Shown: piece after piece, positions 9,221 through 18,511 of the stretch
How positions within the stretch are numbered: position 1 is the first letter of the stretch
Layout of the letters: every line of letters begins with the position of its first letter
Position numbers and translations under genes: made by a program
NCBI GenBank assembly: GCA_032128375.1
Contig: JAQBGU010000239.1
Coordinates: 1 to 57,641 of the forward strand
Direction: 5' to 3'
Length of the DNA stretch: 57,641 bases
DNA from: Deltaproteobacteria bacterium
Lineage (GTDB): Bacteria > Myxococcota_A > UBA9160 > SMWR01
Notes under the pieces: model-generated
What the model was told of the DNA's origin: nothing
What the model saw: the letters and a program-made list of their open reading frames with translations, nothing else
The model's database searches: none

Positions 9221-11829
9221 GCGCCGTTGTCCTTCCGGGCCCCGCTGACTTTCAAAAACGGGTCATCGGATTGTCCTACTGGGTATCGATCCCAGGTCTC
9301 ACCATCGTTCTCGCGTTCTTGATGAGCCTGCTGCGGCTCACTTCAGAACAGTGGGAGTGGTTCCTGACAATCACCGGGATCTACGCGGTCTGCATCGCGT
9401 ACCCCATGATGCGCTATCAGACCCGTGTGCTCGCTCCGATCACGATTTTTCTGTCGCGGCGAGTTCATCCGGCCGGGGCCATGCAGGCGGGTGACGAGTC
9501 CCGCAGTGGCTCGGGGCCAATCGAAACCGAAAAACGGCTGGCGTTCGCGGCGACCATCGATCTTCCCCGGCGAATGGCCCTGATGCAGGCGGCGGGGTGG
9601 ATCTTTCCATGCGTGTTCTTGTCGAGCGTCATGGCGATTCGCTTCGTTGGTTTCGGCTGGGTCGAGATGGCTGTGGTCGCGCTGGCTGGCGTCGCTGCCG
9701 GGTTCGTCGCGGGGAGCTTCCTGTTGTTCCTGGTGAAGCGCGCGGCGGCTGATGTGCGGTCGGCACTCACAATGGAGATCATCGATCCCGACGAAAGGCG
9801 CGATCTCATTCGCCCGATGTCGTTACACAGCAAAGTCGTGACATGCGTGACCGGCGTGGCGGTTATTCCGATCGTGTTTGCCTTGGCGCTGTCGTTTTCG
9901 AACGCCTCCAAAAGAGTGGAGTCCTTTACAATCCAATGGCAATTTCGTGTCCTGAAGTCAGTAGCACTGGCGCTAGAGCATGAAGATTTTGAAAGTGCGC
10001 GGGCTTCGTTTCTCGGCGATCCTGCGGTGCTGCCGGCACCATTGGATCTGGTGATCCTCGACCGCGCCGTGGCTGGCAATCGCTCGGGCCTTCTGGCCCA
10101 TGAGTTCGCGAGTATCCAGAGCGCGATCGACTCCGGGGTTGAAGCCGGTGACAGCATGGCGTTTCGGTCGGAAAGTGTGTTCGCCTGGCGTTCGCTTGGT
10201 GGTGATCGGTTGCTGGTCGCCCGGACCCCACGGGACGGTCTGTCGCTCGGAGTGGGCCGAATCTTGATCCAGTTTTCCGTGCTGCTCGCGATTGCCACGC
10301 TGGTCGGTTGGGCGCTCGCTCGACTGCTCGCTGGCGATGTCGTCAGTTCCGTCTCGTTGCTCCGCGGTGAGGCGGAGAGGATGGCTTCGGGAGACTTACG
10401 GCGCGGAGACACGTTCGAATCCGAAGACGAAATGGGCGAGCTATCGCGCGCGTTCGCCGGCATGGCGACCTCGCTGCGCATCACCGTCTCCCGGGTGGCA
10501 GAAGCGGCCGATCGAATCGAAGCGACCGCGACTGAAACGGCCGCAGTATCCGAAAGTGTCGCCGCGGTAACCGCTGACCAGGTCGCCGGAATTCAGCAGG
10601 CATCCATATCGATGGAAGCCATCAATGTCCAAGTGGGTGAAATCGCAGATTCGGCGCACGCTCTGAATGGATCAGTCGAAGAGTCGTCGAGTTCGATCCT
10701 GGAACTCGGGGCCTCCGGGCAGGACCTCAACGAAACGGCTGAGACATTGTCGGCGCGTGTCGAGGAGGTTTCTGACTCGATCGCGCTGATGGTTCGAAGC
10801 GTTCAGCAGATCTCCGAAATTACGGCTTCCCTCGCTGAAGCCTGCGATGACACCTCTTCATCGATGGAGGAGATGGCCGGCTCGTTGCGCGAATCCGACG
10901 CCACAGCTGAGGAGACCGCGCGTCTTTCCCGAGAGGTCGTCAACAGTGCCGAAAGCGGTCAGGACAAAGTCCGCCAGACGATCGACGGCATGGACGCGAT
11001 TCGTGTCGCCACTGAGACCGCTGAGCAGGTGATTCGAAACCTGGGAGCCCGCACCGACGAAATCGGTGCGATCGTCGACGTCATCGACGACGTGGCGGAC
11101 GAGACAAACCTGCTGGCCCTGAATGCCGCGATCATCGCCGCGCAGGCGGGCGAGCACGGCAAGGCGTTTTCGGTCGTCGCCGATGAGATCAAGGACCTCG
11201 CGGACCGTGTGTTTGCATCGACCAAGGAAATCGGAAGCCTGATTCGGGCCGTACAGGACGAGGGAAGCAACGCGATCGGCGCGATCGAGCTGGGGACGCA
11301 GAGTGTTGCATCCGGTGTAGATCTGTCGGCGGAAGCCGGTCTGTCCTTGGAGGAAATCACGCGCGCATCGCGCGAAAGTGGTTCGCGAATTTCTGAAATC
11401 GTTGGCGCGATGCGCGGCCAGGCGGCTGCCGCTTCTCACGTCGTGGGACTGATGGAACGGGTCGCCAGTGGCGTCGAGCAGATTCGGGGAGCTGCGGCTG
11501 AACAGGAATCCGGCAACCAGGTGGTGTATCGCGGCGCTACGACCATGCGGGAAGTCGCTCACCAGGTGCGCAGCACGACAGAAGAGCAGGCGAGGGGGTC
11601 CGGGCGAATTCGGGAGAGCGTCGAAGAGGTTCGCGACGCGGTCGAACAGATCAATTCCGCGTTGCAGGAACAATCCGCTGCGTGCCAAACGGTGGTTGCC
11701 TTCCTCGAGGAAGTGTACTCGCGGACGCGGTCGAACACCGAATCTACACGCCGTATGGACGATGCAACCAAGGGGCTGCTGCGCCAGTCTAAACAGCTGC
11801 GAGAAGATCTCCAGCGCTTTCAGATCTGA
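9217..11829 (+). CDS. Methyl-accepting chemotaxis protein with ~6 TM segments, HAMP and ~64-heptad signalling domain
   Basis: Six hydrophobic stretches, HAMP (MASGDL...SEDEMGELSRAF) and hairpin tip ETNLLALNAAIIAAQAGEHGKAFSVVADEIKDLA. About 226 residues lie on each side of the tip. Confidence 0.93.
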   Translation: MSAVVLPGPADFQKRVIGLSYWVSIPGLTIVLAFLMSLLRLTSEQWEWFLTITGIYAVCIAYPMMRYQTRVLAPITIFLSRRVHPAGAMQAGDESRSGSGPIETEKRLAFAATIDLPRRMALMQAAGWIFPCVFLSSVMAIRFVGFGWVEMAVVALAGVAAGFVAGSFLLFLVKRAAADVRSALTMEIIDPDERRDLIRPMSLHSKVVTCVTGVAVIPIVFALALSFSNASKRVESFTIQWQFRVLKSVALALEHEDFESARASFLGDPAVLPAPLDLVILDRAVAGNRSGLLAHEFASIQSAIDSGVEAGDSMAFRSESVFAWRSLGGDRLLVARTPRDGLSLGVGRILIQFSVLLAIATLVGWALARLLAGDVVSSVSLLRGEAERMASGDLRRGDTFESEDEMGELSRAFAGMATSLRITVSRVAEAADRIEATATETAAVSESVAAVTADQVAGIQQASISMEAINVQVGEIADSAHALNGSVEESSSSILELGASGQDLNETAETLSARVEEVSDSIALMVRSVQQISEITASLAEACDDTSSSMEEMAGSLRESDATAEETARLSREVVNSAESGQDKVRQTIDGMDAIRVATETAEQVIRNLGARTDEIGAIVDVIDDVADETNLLALNAAIIAAQAGEHGKAFSVVADEIKDLADRVFASTKEIGSLIRAVQDEGSNAIGAIELGTQSVASGVDLSAEAGLSLEEITRASRESGSRISEIVGAMRGQAAAASHVVGLMERVASGVEQIRGAAAEQESGNQVVYRGATTMREVAHQVRSTTEEQARGSGRIRESVEEVRDAVEQINSALQEQSAACQTVVAFLEEVYSRTRSNTESTRRMDDATKGLLRQSKQLREDLQRFQI

Positions 11830-11929
11830 CGAGTCTGGATCTGCAGTGCGAAGAAGCAGACGATGTATCGATGAGGGATGATCGAGCGATGACTTCTGAA
11901 CCGATCGAACGGAAATCGGGAGAGTGCAG

Positions 11930-13111
11930 ATGATTGCAGCATGCCCTCGCTGCAGTGCGCGCTATCGCATCGAAGCCGAGCGATTGGGTTCAGACGGCGT
12001 CCGCCTCAGATGCTCGCGTTGCGAGTCGGTTTTTCGCGTGCGCCCACCCGTCGTTCCAGCCGTTTCACAGCTCGAGCCAGATCGCAAACAACCAGCCGAC
12101 CGGGTCAGCCAGAGTGAACCGGCTCCGCCTGTCGCGAGCAGCCCGACGCCAGCCGTGCGAAATCACCTGGCCGACTCCCGCGCGCCCGCCCGCCGAGACG
12201 AGACCAGCGCGGATTCCGGTATTGGGGACCGAACTCGGCTGGTGTTGATCGCGGATCCCGAGGTCGAAGCCGGCAGGGCGACGGCCCATGCGGTCGCCGA
12301 CTGGGGCCTCACTCCGGTTCTCGTTCACGACGGCGTCGAGGCGATCATGAGCATCCAGCGGATGCTGCCGAGAGTGGTCGTGATGGACGCGGCACTTCCG
12401 AAGATGTTTGGTTTTCAGGTTTGTGAAGTACTGAAACGAAACGAAAGCCTGCGCGATATCCACGTCGTGCTCGTAGGCGCTATCCACAACCGCGCGCGAT
12501 ATCGACGACCCCCGATTGAACTGTACGGCGCCGACAGCTACGTCGAGCGGCACGAGCTCCTGAAGCAGCTGCGGGGCATCTTGAGTGGCATCGGAATGCC
12601 GACAAGCGAAGTCTCGCGCGGGGCTCCAGCCCCGGTTCCAGAGCCACGGCCCGTCGCCGCAGCAGAGCCCGCGGCTGCGCCGCAGCCGGTCGCAGCGCCA
12701 CCGGTCGCACCGCCACTGGTCGCACAGGGATTTCAGCCCGCCGCGCACCCAATCGCGCCCGAGCTGCCGCAACCACTCGCCGCGCCGCCAGCTTCTCCCT
12801 CTCCGTCAACGAGCGAACCGATGCAAGAAGTGGACAGAAGCTCGCGTTCCGAGGTTCCGCCTACGATGCGCGATCCGAGAATTGCCGACGCGGAGCGCCT
12901 GGCACGCATCGTCGTGTCGGACATCATCCTGTACAACCAGCAAAAATTCGACATTGGAGTGCGGGACGGAAACGTACTCGAGTTGATGGCGTCGGACCTC
13001 GCCGAGGGTCGGTCGCTATTCGATAGTCGTGTCGAGCAGAGTGTCCGCGGGCAGCGAGATTTTCTAGCCGAGCGCCTGGTTGAAGTAGCGCGCGAACGGG
13101 GAATGTCATGA
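11930..13111 (+). CDS. MJ0042-type zinc-ribbon + atypical receiver + Pro-rich linker + helical C-terminal domain protein
   Basis: CPRC...CSRC zinc ribbon; receiver LVLIADPE...VVVMDAALPKMFGFQVCEVLK; C-terminal AERLARIVVSDIILYN. ATG 11930 follows GGAGA. Confidence 0.8.
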   Translation: MIAACPRCSARYRIEAERLGSDGVRLRCSRCESVFRVRPPVVPAVSQLEPDRKQPADRVSQSEPAPPVASSPTPAVRNHLADSRAPARRDETSADSGIGDRTRLVLIADPEVEAGRATAHAVADWGLTPVLVHDGVEAIMSIQRMLPRVVVMDAALPKMFGFQVCEVLKRNESLRDIHVVLVGAIHNRARYRRPPIELYGADSYVERHELLKQLRGILSGIGMPTSEVSRGAPAPVPEPRPVAAAEPAAAPQPVAAPPVAPPLVAQGFQPAAHPIAPELPQPLAAPPASPSPSTSEPMQEVDRSSRSEVPPTMRDPRIADAERLARIVVSDIILYNQQKFDIGVRDGNVLELMASDLAEGRSLFDSRVEQSVRGQRDFLAERLVEVARERGMS

Positions 13112-15222
13112 ACCTCGAGTTCAGCGATCGCGATCGGGAAAGTGTTATCCGCGATCTGCGCGATTCGGACGAAGAAGTGCGGCGACTAGCGGTCGAGCGG
13201 GTCGAAGCTCTTCCGAGTGATGTCGGAATCCTCTGTCTGGTCGATTGTCTCGGAGATCCGAGTTGGCGCGTGCGCAAGGCTGCCGTAGAACGTCTCGTGG
13301 CGCGCAGCGAATCGGAGCAGGTCGCAACCGCGCTGGTCGCCTCACTGGCGGACGGTGAGAACCCAGGTCGTCGAAACGCGGCGGTCGAAGCTCTCGTCAA
13401 GTGTGGCAACCGGGTGGTTGAGCAGTTGTTGGCTGCCACGTCGAGCCCTGACGAAGACGTGCGCAAGCTCGTGGTCGACGCGCTGGCGGGCATCGCGCAG
13501 CCGAGATCGCGCAAGAAACTGCTAGAGATGCTGTCTGACCCCGATCCGAATGTACGCGCGGCCTCCGTTGACGCGCTTGCAGTAGTCGCTGGAGATGGCG
13601 TCGCTCAGGCATTGCTTCGCGCTGCGACCGCGGTCGACGAAGACCCGCTGGTTCGTTTTTCGGCGATTCGCGCCCTTGGATCACTGGAATTTCCGGTTCG
13701 AGCAGCCGACCTGGGATCGATTCTCGATGACTCGGTGCTCGGGGCTGCGGCACTGCTTCTGTTGGGTCGGGCAGACGACGACGAGCAAGCTGTTGCGGTC
13801 CTGCTGAAGGCACTGTCATCGCCGACGCGGTCGAAGCGTGAAGCTTCTATGCGTTCACTGCTCGGAATCGTCGCTTTGGCAGAGCCGGCGTTCGAGCGCG
13901 AGGTCGTCGAAGGCATTCGCGGGGCCTTCGCAGCCGACGACCAGATCGTGGCCAACGCGGTCGATCATCTGGCCAACGCAGATCTCTCGGCGTCCCTGGT
14001 TCTGGTGCAGTTCCTGGGTCTGGTGGGTGCCGAAGAGGCCGTGATTCCAGTCCTGATTGCGGGGCACGATGAAGCCTTGTCGCCCATAGCACTATCGACT
14101 CTGCTCTCCCTGGAGTCCTCGGAGCGAATCATTGATGCGAGCTGGTCCACATTCGATGTGGCATCTCGACGCCTGGGTTGTGAATTGTTTGGCCAGACCG
14201 ATGGAGCGCCAAGTTCGGTTCGTCTGCTCTCGGCGCTCGAAGACCCTGCGGGCGAGGTGCGCACTGCAGCGGCGCGCTCTGTCGGACATCGGAAACTGGC
14301 TTCCGGACTCGTTCCGTTGATTCGGCGACTCGTCGAGACAGCAACCGATGATGATTTCGAGAGCGACGAGGAACACTTCGCAGTGATCGAGGGACTCACG
14401 ACACTCGCCAAGTCGTCGCCTTCGGTAGGGGAGAGCCCGGTTTCACGGCGAGCGATCGAATTGCTGACGGCGTCGTTGGAAGGTGCGGCGGAAGCGGTCC
14501 GGTTGGCGATTGCGATTGTGATCGGACGCATCGGGGGACACGAGGGCTGTGAATCAGCCGAATTCCTGCTTCGCGACCCGAGCGCCGTGGTCCGTCGCGC
14601 TGCGGTCGAGGCGTTAGCGCAGCTAGAACCCGGCGCCGAGACCGAGTCACTGCGGCTGGCGCTCGCCGATGAATCAGTGCTGGTTCGAATTGCTGCTGCG
14701 CGGGTTCTGGGTGCGTCCGGCAACGAGTTCGTAGTCGACGATCTAGCGCGTCTTGCGGTCGACGAAGACTCGAGTGTTCGAGCGGCTGCTGTCTTGTCTA
14801 TCGTGACGCGCTTCATTCGGTCAGAAGATGAACATCATTTCAGCGTCGCGCTTCGTGTGGTCGACGAGGCGCTCCAGGACGACGCGCCGGTCGCGCTCTC
14901 TGCGATCGAGGCGCTGTGCGATGTTGGTGGGCCGCAGACCGCACGTGCGACAAGCCTGCTCGATCGGCCGGAACCCGAGCTGGTTCGTCAAGCGATTCGC
15001 TGTATCTCGATCCACTCGGAAGATTCAGCACTGGAGTTGCTGCTCGACCTGATCGCGCATCCGGATTGGTCTGTTCGCGCAGAGGCGATCCGGGCCGTGG
15101 CTGATCGCCGTATGGTACGTGCAGTTCCCGCCATTTTGCGTGGGCTGGAAACGGAGCAAGACGACTTCGTTCGCGAAGTGACTCTGCAAGCTCTCCAACG
15201 GCTCGAAAGCGGCGTCGCATGA
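13108..15222 (+). CDS. HEAT/PBS-lyase-like repeat protein
   Basis: Many L.D.D..VR..A..AL repeats (LRDSDEEVRRLAVE, LGDPSWRVRKAAVE, LSDPDPNVRAASVD, HPDWSVRAEAI). Confidence 0.9.
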   Translation: MNLEFSDRDRESVIRDLRDSDEEVRRLAVERVEALPSDVGILCLVDCLGDPSWRVRKAAVERLVARSESEQVATALVASLADGENPGRRNAAVEALVKCGNRVVEQLLAATSSPDEDVRKLVVDALAGIAQPRSRKKLLEMLSDPDPNVRAASVDALAVVAGDGVAQALLRAATAVDEDPLVRFSAIRALGSLEFPVRAADLGSILDDSVLGAAALLLLGRADDDEQAVAVLLKALSSPTRSKREASMRSLLGIVALAEPAFEREVVEGIRGAFAADDQIVANAVDHLANADLSASLVLVQFLGLVGAEEAVIPVLIAGHDEALSPIALSTLLSLESSERIIDASWSTFDVASRRLGCELFGQTDGAPSSVRLLSALEDPAGEVRTAAARSVGHRKLASGLVPLIRRLVETATDDDFESDEEHFAVIEGLTTLAKSSPSVGESPVSRRAIELLTASLEGAAEAVRLAIAIVIGRIGGHEGCESAEFLLRDPSAVVRRAAVEALAQLEPGAETESLRLALADESVLVRIAAARVLGASGNEFVVDDLARLAVDEDSSVRAAAVLSIVTRFIRSEDEHHFSVALRVVDEALQDDAPVALSAIEALCDVGGPQTARATSLLDRPEPELVRQAIRCISIHSEDSALELLLDLIAHPDWSVRAEAIRAVADRRMVRAVPAILRGLETEQDDFVREVTLQALQRLESGVA

Positions 15223-16196
15223 GTGCGCTTCATAAACAAGACGAATTCGTCCTGAGCGACGCCGAGTTCCGGATGTTCGCAGAACTCGTTCGATTGCATT
15301 GTGGTCTCCACTTCAGCGAGGATTCGCGGTTTCTGTTGGAGAAGCGCCTCGCCCGGAGGCTGCGAGAACTCGATGTTGCAAGCTTCGCGGCATATCACTT
15401 TCGCCTGCGGAATCAGGGGCCTGGTGACAATGAACTCTCGATGCTGATCGATGAGCTGACGACCAACGAGACCTACTTTTTCCGGGAATTCGGCCAGCTC
15501 CGTGCTCTGACCCACGAAATCTTTCCTGAACTCCAGGCGGATCGATCCGACGCCACTGCGTCGTCGCTCACGTCACGAGGCTCGCCGACGGCCAAAAGAA
15601 GGCCCATCAACATCTGGTGTGCCGGATGTTCGAGCGGTGAAGAACCCTATTCGATCGCAATCATGGCGCGCGAAGTCGGAATGCGACCGGGTGTGGATCT
15701 CCGAGTCTATGCATCCGACATCTCCACCCGAGCACTGCGTAAAGCGCGGCAGGGTGTATACCGCGAGGCTTCGTTTCGAGAAACCAATGCCTCATTGCGG
15801 GACAAATACTTCGTTGAAAAAGATCGGCTGTGGCAAATCTCGAACGAGATCAAGAAGGATGTCGATTTCATCCATTTGAATCTCCTGGATCGCTCGAAAA
15901 TCGCGTTGCTCGGTTCGATGGACGTAATTCTGTGCCGAAACGTGATCATCTATTTCAACGCCGAAACCAAGTGTCAGGTGATCAAGACCTTCCATGACAA
16001 GCTTCGTCCCGGGGGTCACCTGCTGCTGGGGCATTCCGAGTCCTTGATCAATCTCTCGACCGAGTTCGAGCTACGTCATTTGCGAAACGATCTCGTGTAT
16101 CGACGACCATTGCCCGGTTTTGCCAGGAAAGACCCATGGCATGTTGCCGCGCAGGAGGCGATTTCGGTCCATGATGAAGTCGAGAAGGGACGATGA
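15219..16196 (+). CDS. cheR: Chemotaxis methyltransferase CheR
   Basis: LTTNETYFFRE, IWCAGCSSGEEPYSIA, ASDIS, DVILCRNVIIYF, GHSES. Confidence 0.96.
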   Translation: MSALHKQDEFVLSDAEFRMFAELVRLHCGLHFSEDSRFLLEKRLARRLRELDVASFAAYHFRLRNQGPGDNELSMLIDELTTNETYFFREFGQLRALTHEIFPELQADRSDATASSLTSRGSPTAKRRPINIWCAGCSSGEEPYSIAIMAREVGMRPGVDLRVYASDISTRALRKARQGVYREASFRETNASLRDKYFVEKDRLWQISNEIKKDVDFIHLNLLDRSKIALLGSMDVILCRNVIIYFNAETKCQVIKTFHDKLRPGGHLLLGHSESLINLSTEFELRHLRNDLVYRRPLPGFARKDPWHVAAQEAISVHDEVEKGR

Positions 16197-17269
16197 CCCG
16201 GCACGCGCTGATACGAGTCCTGGTCATCGATGACTCGGCGTTCAGCCGTCAAGCCATCACGCAAATGCTCGAGGCGTCGCCGTTAGTCGAAGTCGTAGGT
16301 GTGGCGCGCGACGGTGAGGAGGCACTTCGAAAGACGCTCGAGCTTCAGCCGGATCTGATCACACTGGACCTCGAGATGCCGCGCATGGACGGATTCACCT
16401 TCCTCCGCATGGTCATGAGCAAACATCCCACGCCGGTGATGGTGATCAGCGGGAGGACCGGTGAGGAGAACGTCTTTCGGGCTCTGGAACTCGGCGCTGT
16501 CGATTTCATTTCGAAGCCCACGCCCCACGCCGATCCGGAGATTGTCTCGATTGAACATGAGCTGATTCGGAAGGTCCACGCGATTCGCGAGCTGCGAATC
16601 GACAAGGTGCGCGATCGACTCACAGCGATGCCGCCGACGGTGAGTCGGCCGCCGGGGACGCCGTCACGCAGCGCGAAGGTAGTTGTCATCGGCTCGTCCA
16701 CAGGTGGCCCGGCCGCGCTGATGCAGATATTTGGAGCGTACACTGAAGCCCCCAACTGTGCGTTCCTGGTAGCGCAACATATGCCGGCTGGCTTTACCAG
16801 CGGTTTCGCCGAGCGGATCAATCGCCTCACGCCGATGCAAGCGTCCGAGGCGCGGGGCGGAGAGCCGCTCGTGCCCGGAACCGTTCTCGTAGCACCGGGT
16901 GGGAAACATATGGAACTCGAGACCGTCGCTGGAAAGACGCTGACGCGTATCGTCGCCAACCGGAGCCAAGACAAGTACACGCCCTCGGTGGATCGGTTGT
17001 TCGGGACGGCAGCCAAGGAAGTGGGATCTGGACTACTCGCCGTCGTGCTCACCGGAATGGGAGACGACGGCAGGGCCGGTGTGACTGCCGTCAGCCAGTG
17101 CGGCGGCGATGTGATTGCCGAATCAGAAGAGACCGCAGTGGTATTCGGGATGCCACTGCAAGCCATCCGAACAGGAGTGGTAGGCCAGGTACTTCCACTC
17201 GGTGAAATTGCAGCCGCAATCGGAAACGGACGAAACGAGCTGAATCGAGCCAAGAGAGGCCCGCTATGA
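16193..17269 (+). CDS. cheB: Chemotaxis methylesterase CheB (receiver + esterase)
   Basis: Receiver ITLDLEMP; catalytic motifs GSSTGGP, QHMP and LTGMGDDG. Confidence 0.96.
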   Translation: MTRHALIRVLVIDDSAFSRQAITQMLEASPLVEVVGVARDGEEALRKTLELQPDLITLDLEMPRMDGFTFLRMVMSKHPTPVMVISGRTGEENVFRALELGAVDFISKPTPHADPEIVSIEHELIRKVHAIRELRIDKVRDRLTAMPPTVSRPPGTPSRSAKVVVIGSSTGGPAALMQIFGAYTEAPNCAFLVAQHMPAGFTSGFAERINRLTPMQASEARGGEPLVPGTVLVAPGGKHMELETVAGKTLTRIVANRSQDKYTPSVDRLFGTAAKEVGSGLLAVVLTGMGDDGRAGVTAVSQCGGDVIAESEETAVVFGMPLQAIRTGVVGQVLPLGEIAAAIGNGRNELNRAKRGPL

Positions 17270-18084
17270 GCAGCGATCGCAACGAGATTTTTTCGCGAGG
17301 TGAAGAGTTCTTGCAGCTCTTCACGCGCGGAGCAGATTTTACCAGAGAGCTACTCGTCGAAAACGAGCGACTGCGCAGCGCTCTGGCTCGATTCGAAAAC
17401 GAACAGTCTGCCGCCGCTCGCTCACCCGAGGAATGGGATAAGTATCGACACGAGTTGATGTCTCGGCTCGAGGACCTCGAAGCGGAATACGAAACGGTTC
17501 GAGTTCGCCTCCATCAGGTCGAGGAGGAAAATCAACAATTTGCCGAGCGCTATCTAGAAATCGAAGAAGAGAACAACAATCTCGCGAATCTCTACGTTGC
17601 AAGCTACCAGCTTCACTCGACCCTGGATCTCGATGAGGTCGTCAAGATCATCGTGGAGATCGTGATCAATCTGGTTGGAGCCGAAGTCTTCGCCGTCTAT
17701 CTGCTCGATGGAAACTCCGGAGAACTCGGTGTCGCTGCTTACGAAGGGGCGGATCCGGAACAGTTTCCGAGTTGTGCCGAAGGTAAGGGGGTGCTTGGCA
17801 AAGCGCTCGAATCGTCCGAACCCAGTTGTTGGGATCCGACGCAGACCCCGAACCTCGATCGACCGATCGTTTGTATCCCGTTGCTGGTTCAGGATCGGCC
17901 GATTGGCTTGATTTCGATATTCGGCCTGCTTCAACAGAAGAACGGGTTTTCAGCCCTCGATCACGAACTGTTCACGGTACTCGGAGGACACGCGGCGACG
18001 GCGCTCTGTGCGGCTCGCTTGTACTCCCAATCCGAGCGCAAGCTGAATACGATCCAGGGCTTCATCGATCTGTTGACGAAGTGA
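17266..18084 (+). CDS. Coiled-coil + GAF domain protein without output domain
   Basis: Glu-rich heptads (ELLVENERLR...EEENNNLANLYVASYQLHSTLD), then a GAF-like domain (IVCIPLLVQDRPIGLISI...F...DHELF..LG.HAA.AL). Confidence 0.8.
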   Translation: MSSDRNEIFSRGEEFLQLFTRGADFTRELLVENERLRSALARFENEQSAAARSPEEWDKYRHELMSRLEDLEAEYETVRVRLHQVEEENQQFAERYLEIEEENNNLANLYVASYQLHSTLDLDEVVKIIVEIVINLVGAEVFAVYLLDGNSGELGVAAYEGADPEQFPSCAEGKGVLGKALESSEPSCWDPTQTPNLDRPIVCIPLLVQDRPIGLISIFGLLQQKNGFSALDHELFTVLGGHAATALCAARLYSQSERKLNTIQGFIDLLTK

Positions 18085-18133
18085 CCGGCGAATTGATGGT
18101 GGCCAGCGAAACGACAAGGCTGAGAGGTTGAGG

Positions 18134-18511
18134 ATGGACCGACAACGTATCCTGATAGTGGAAGACAGCCCGACAATGCGGCAGTTACTCGTGTTCGCAT
18201 TGCGGCGTCTCAAAGACGTCGAGATCGTCGAAGCCCACGACGGAATGGATGGCCTGCGGAAGGTATCGAGCGATCACTTCGATCTCGCACTGATCGACAT
18301 CAACATGCCGGTAATGGATGGACTGAAGCTGATCAGTCTGATCCGTGGTGACGACAGCCTGAGTGCGATTCCGGTCGTCGTGATTACGACAGAGGGTGCC
18401 ACCGAGGACCGCGAGCGAGCGATGGCGCTAGGGGCCAACGAATATCTCACCAAACCCATACAGGCAAATCGGGTGCTCTCGGTTGTGAAGGGTCTGATGA
18501 AGCGCGACTGA
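18134..18511 (+). CDS. cheY: Second single-domain response regulator (CheY-like)
   Basis: ILIVEDSPTMR...LIDINMPVMDG...VITTEG...YLTKPI. ATG 18134 follows GAGG. Confidence 0.85.
   Translation: MDRQRILIVEDSPTMRQLLVFALRRLKDVEIVEAHDGMDGLRKVSSDHFDLALIDINMPVMDGLKLISLIRGDDSLSAIPVVVITTEGATEDRERAMALGANEYLTKPIQANRVLSVVKGLMKRD

Noticed and set aside
11820..11860. Hammerhead ribozyme (CTGACGAG core)
   Set aside because: No stem II closed by GAAA and no stems I/III.
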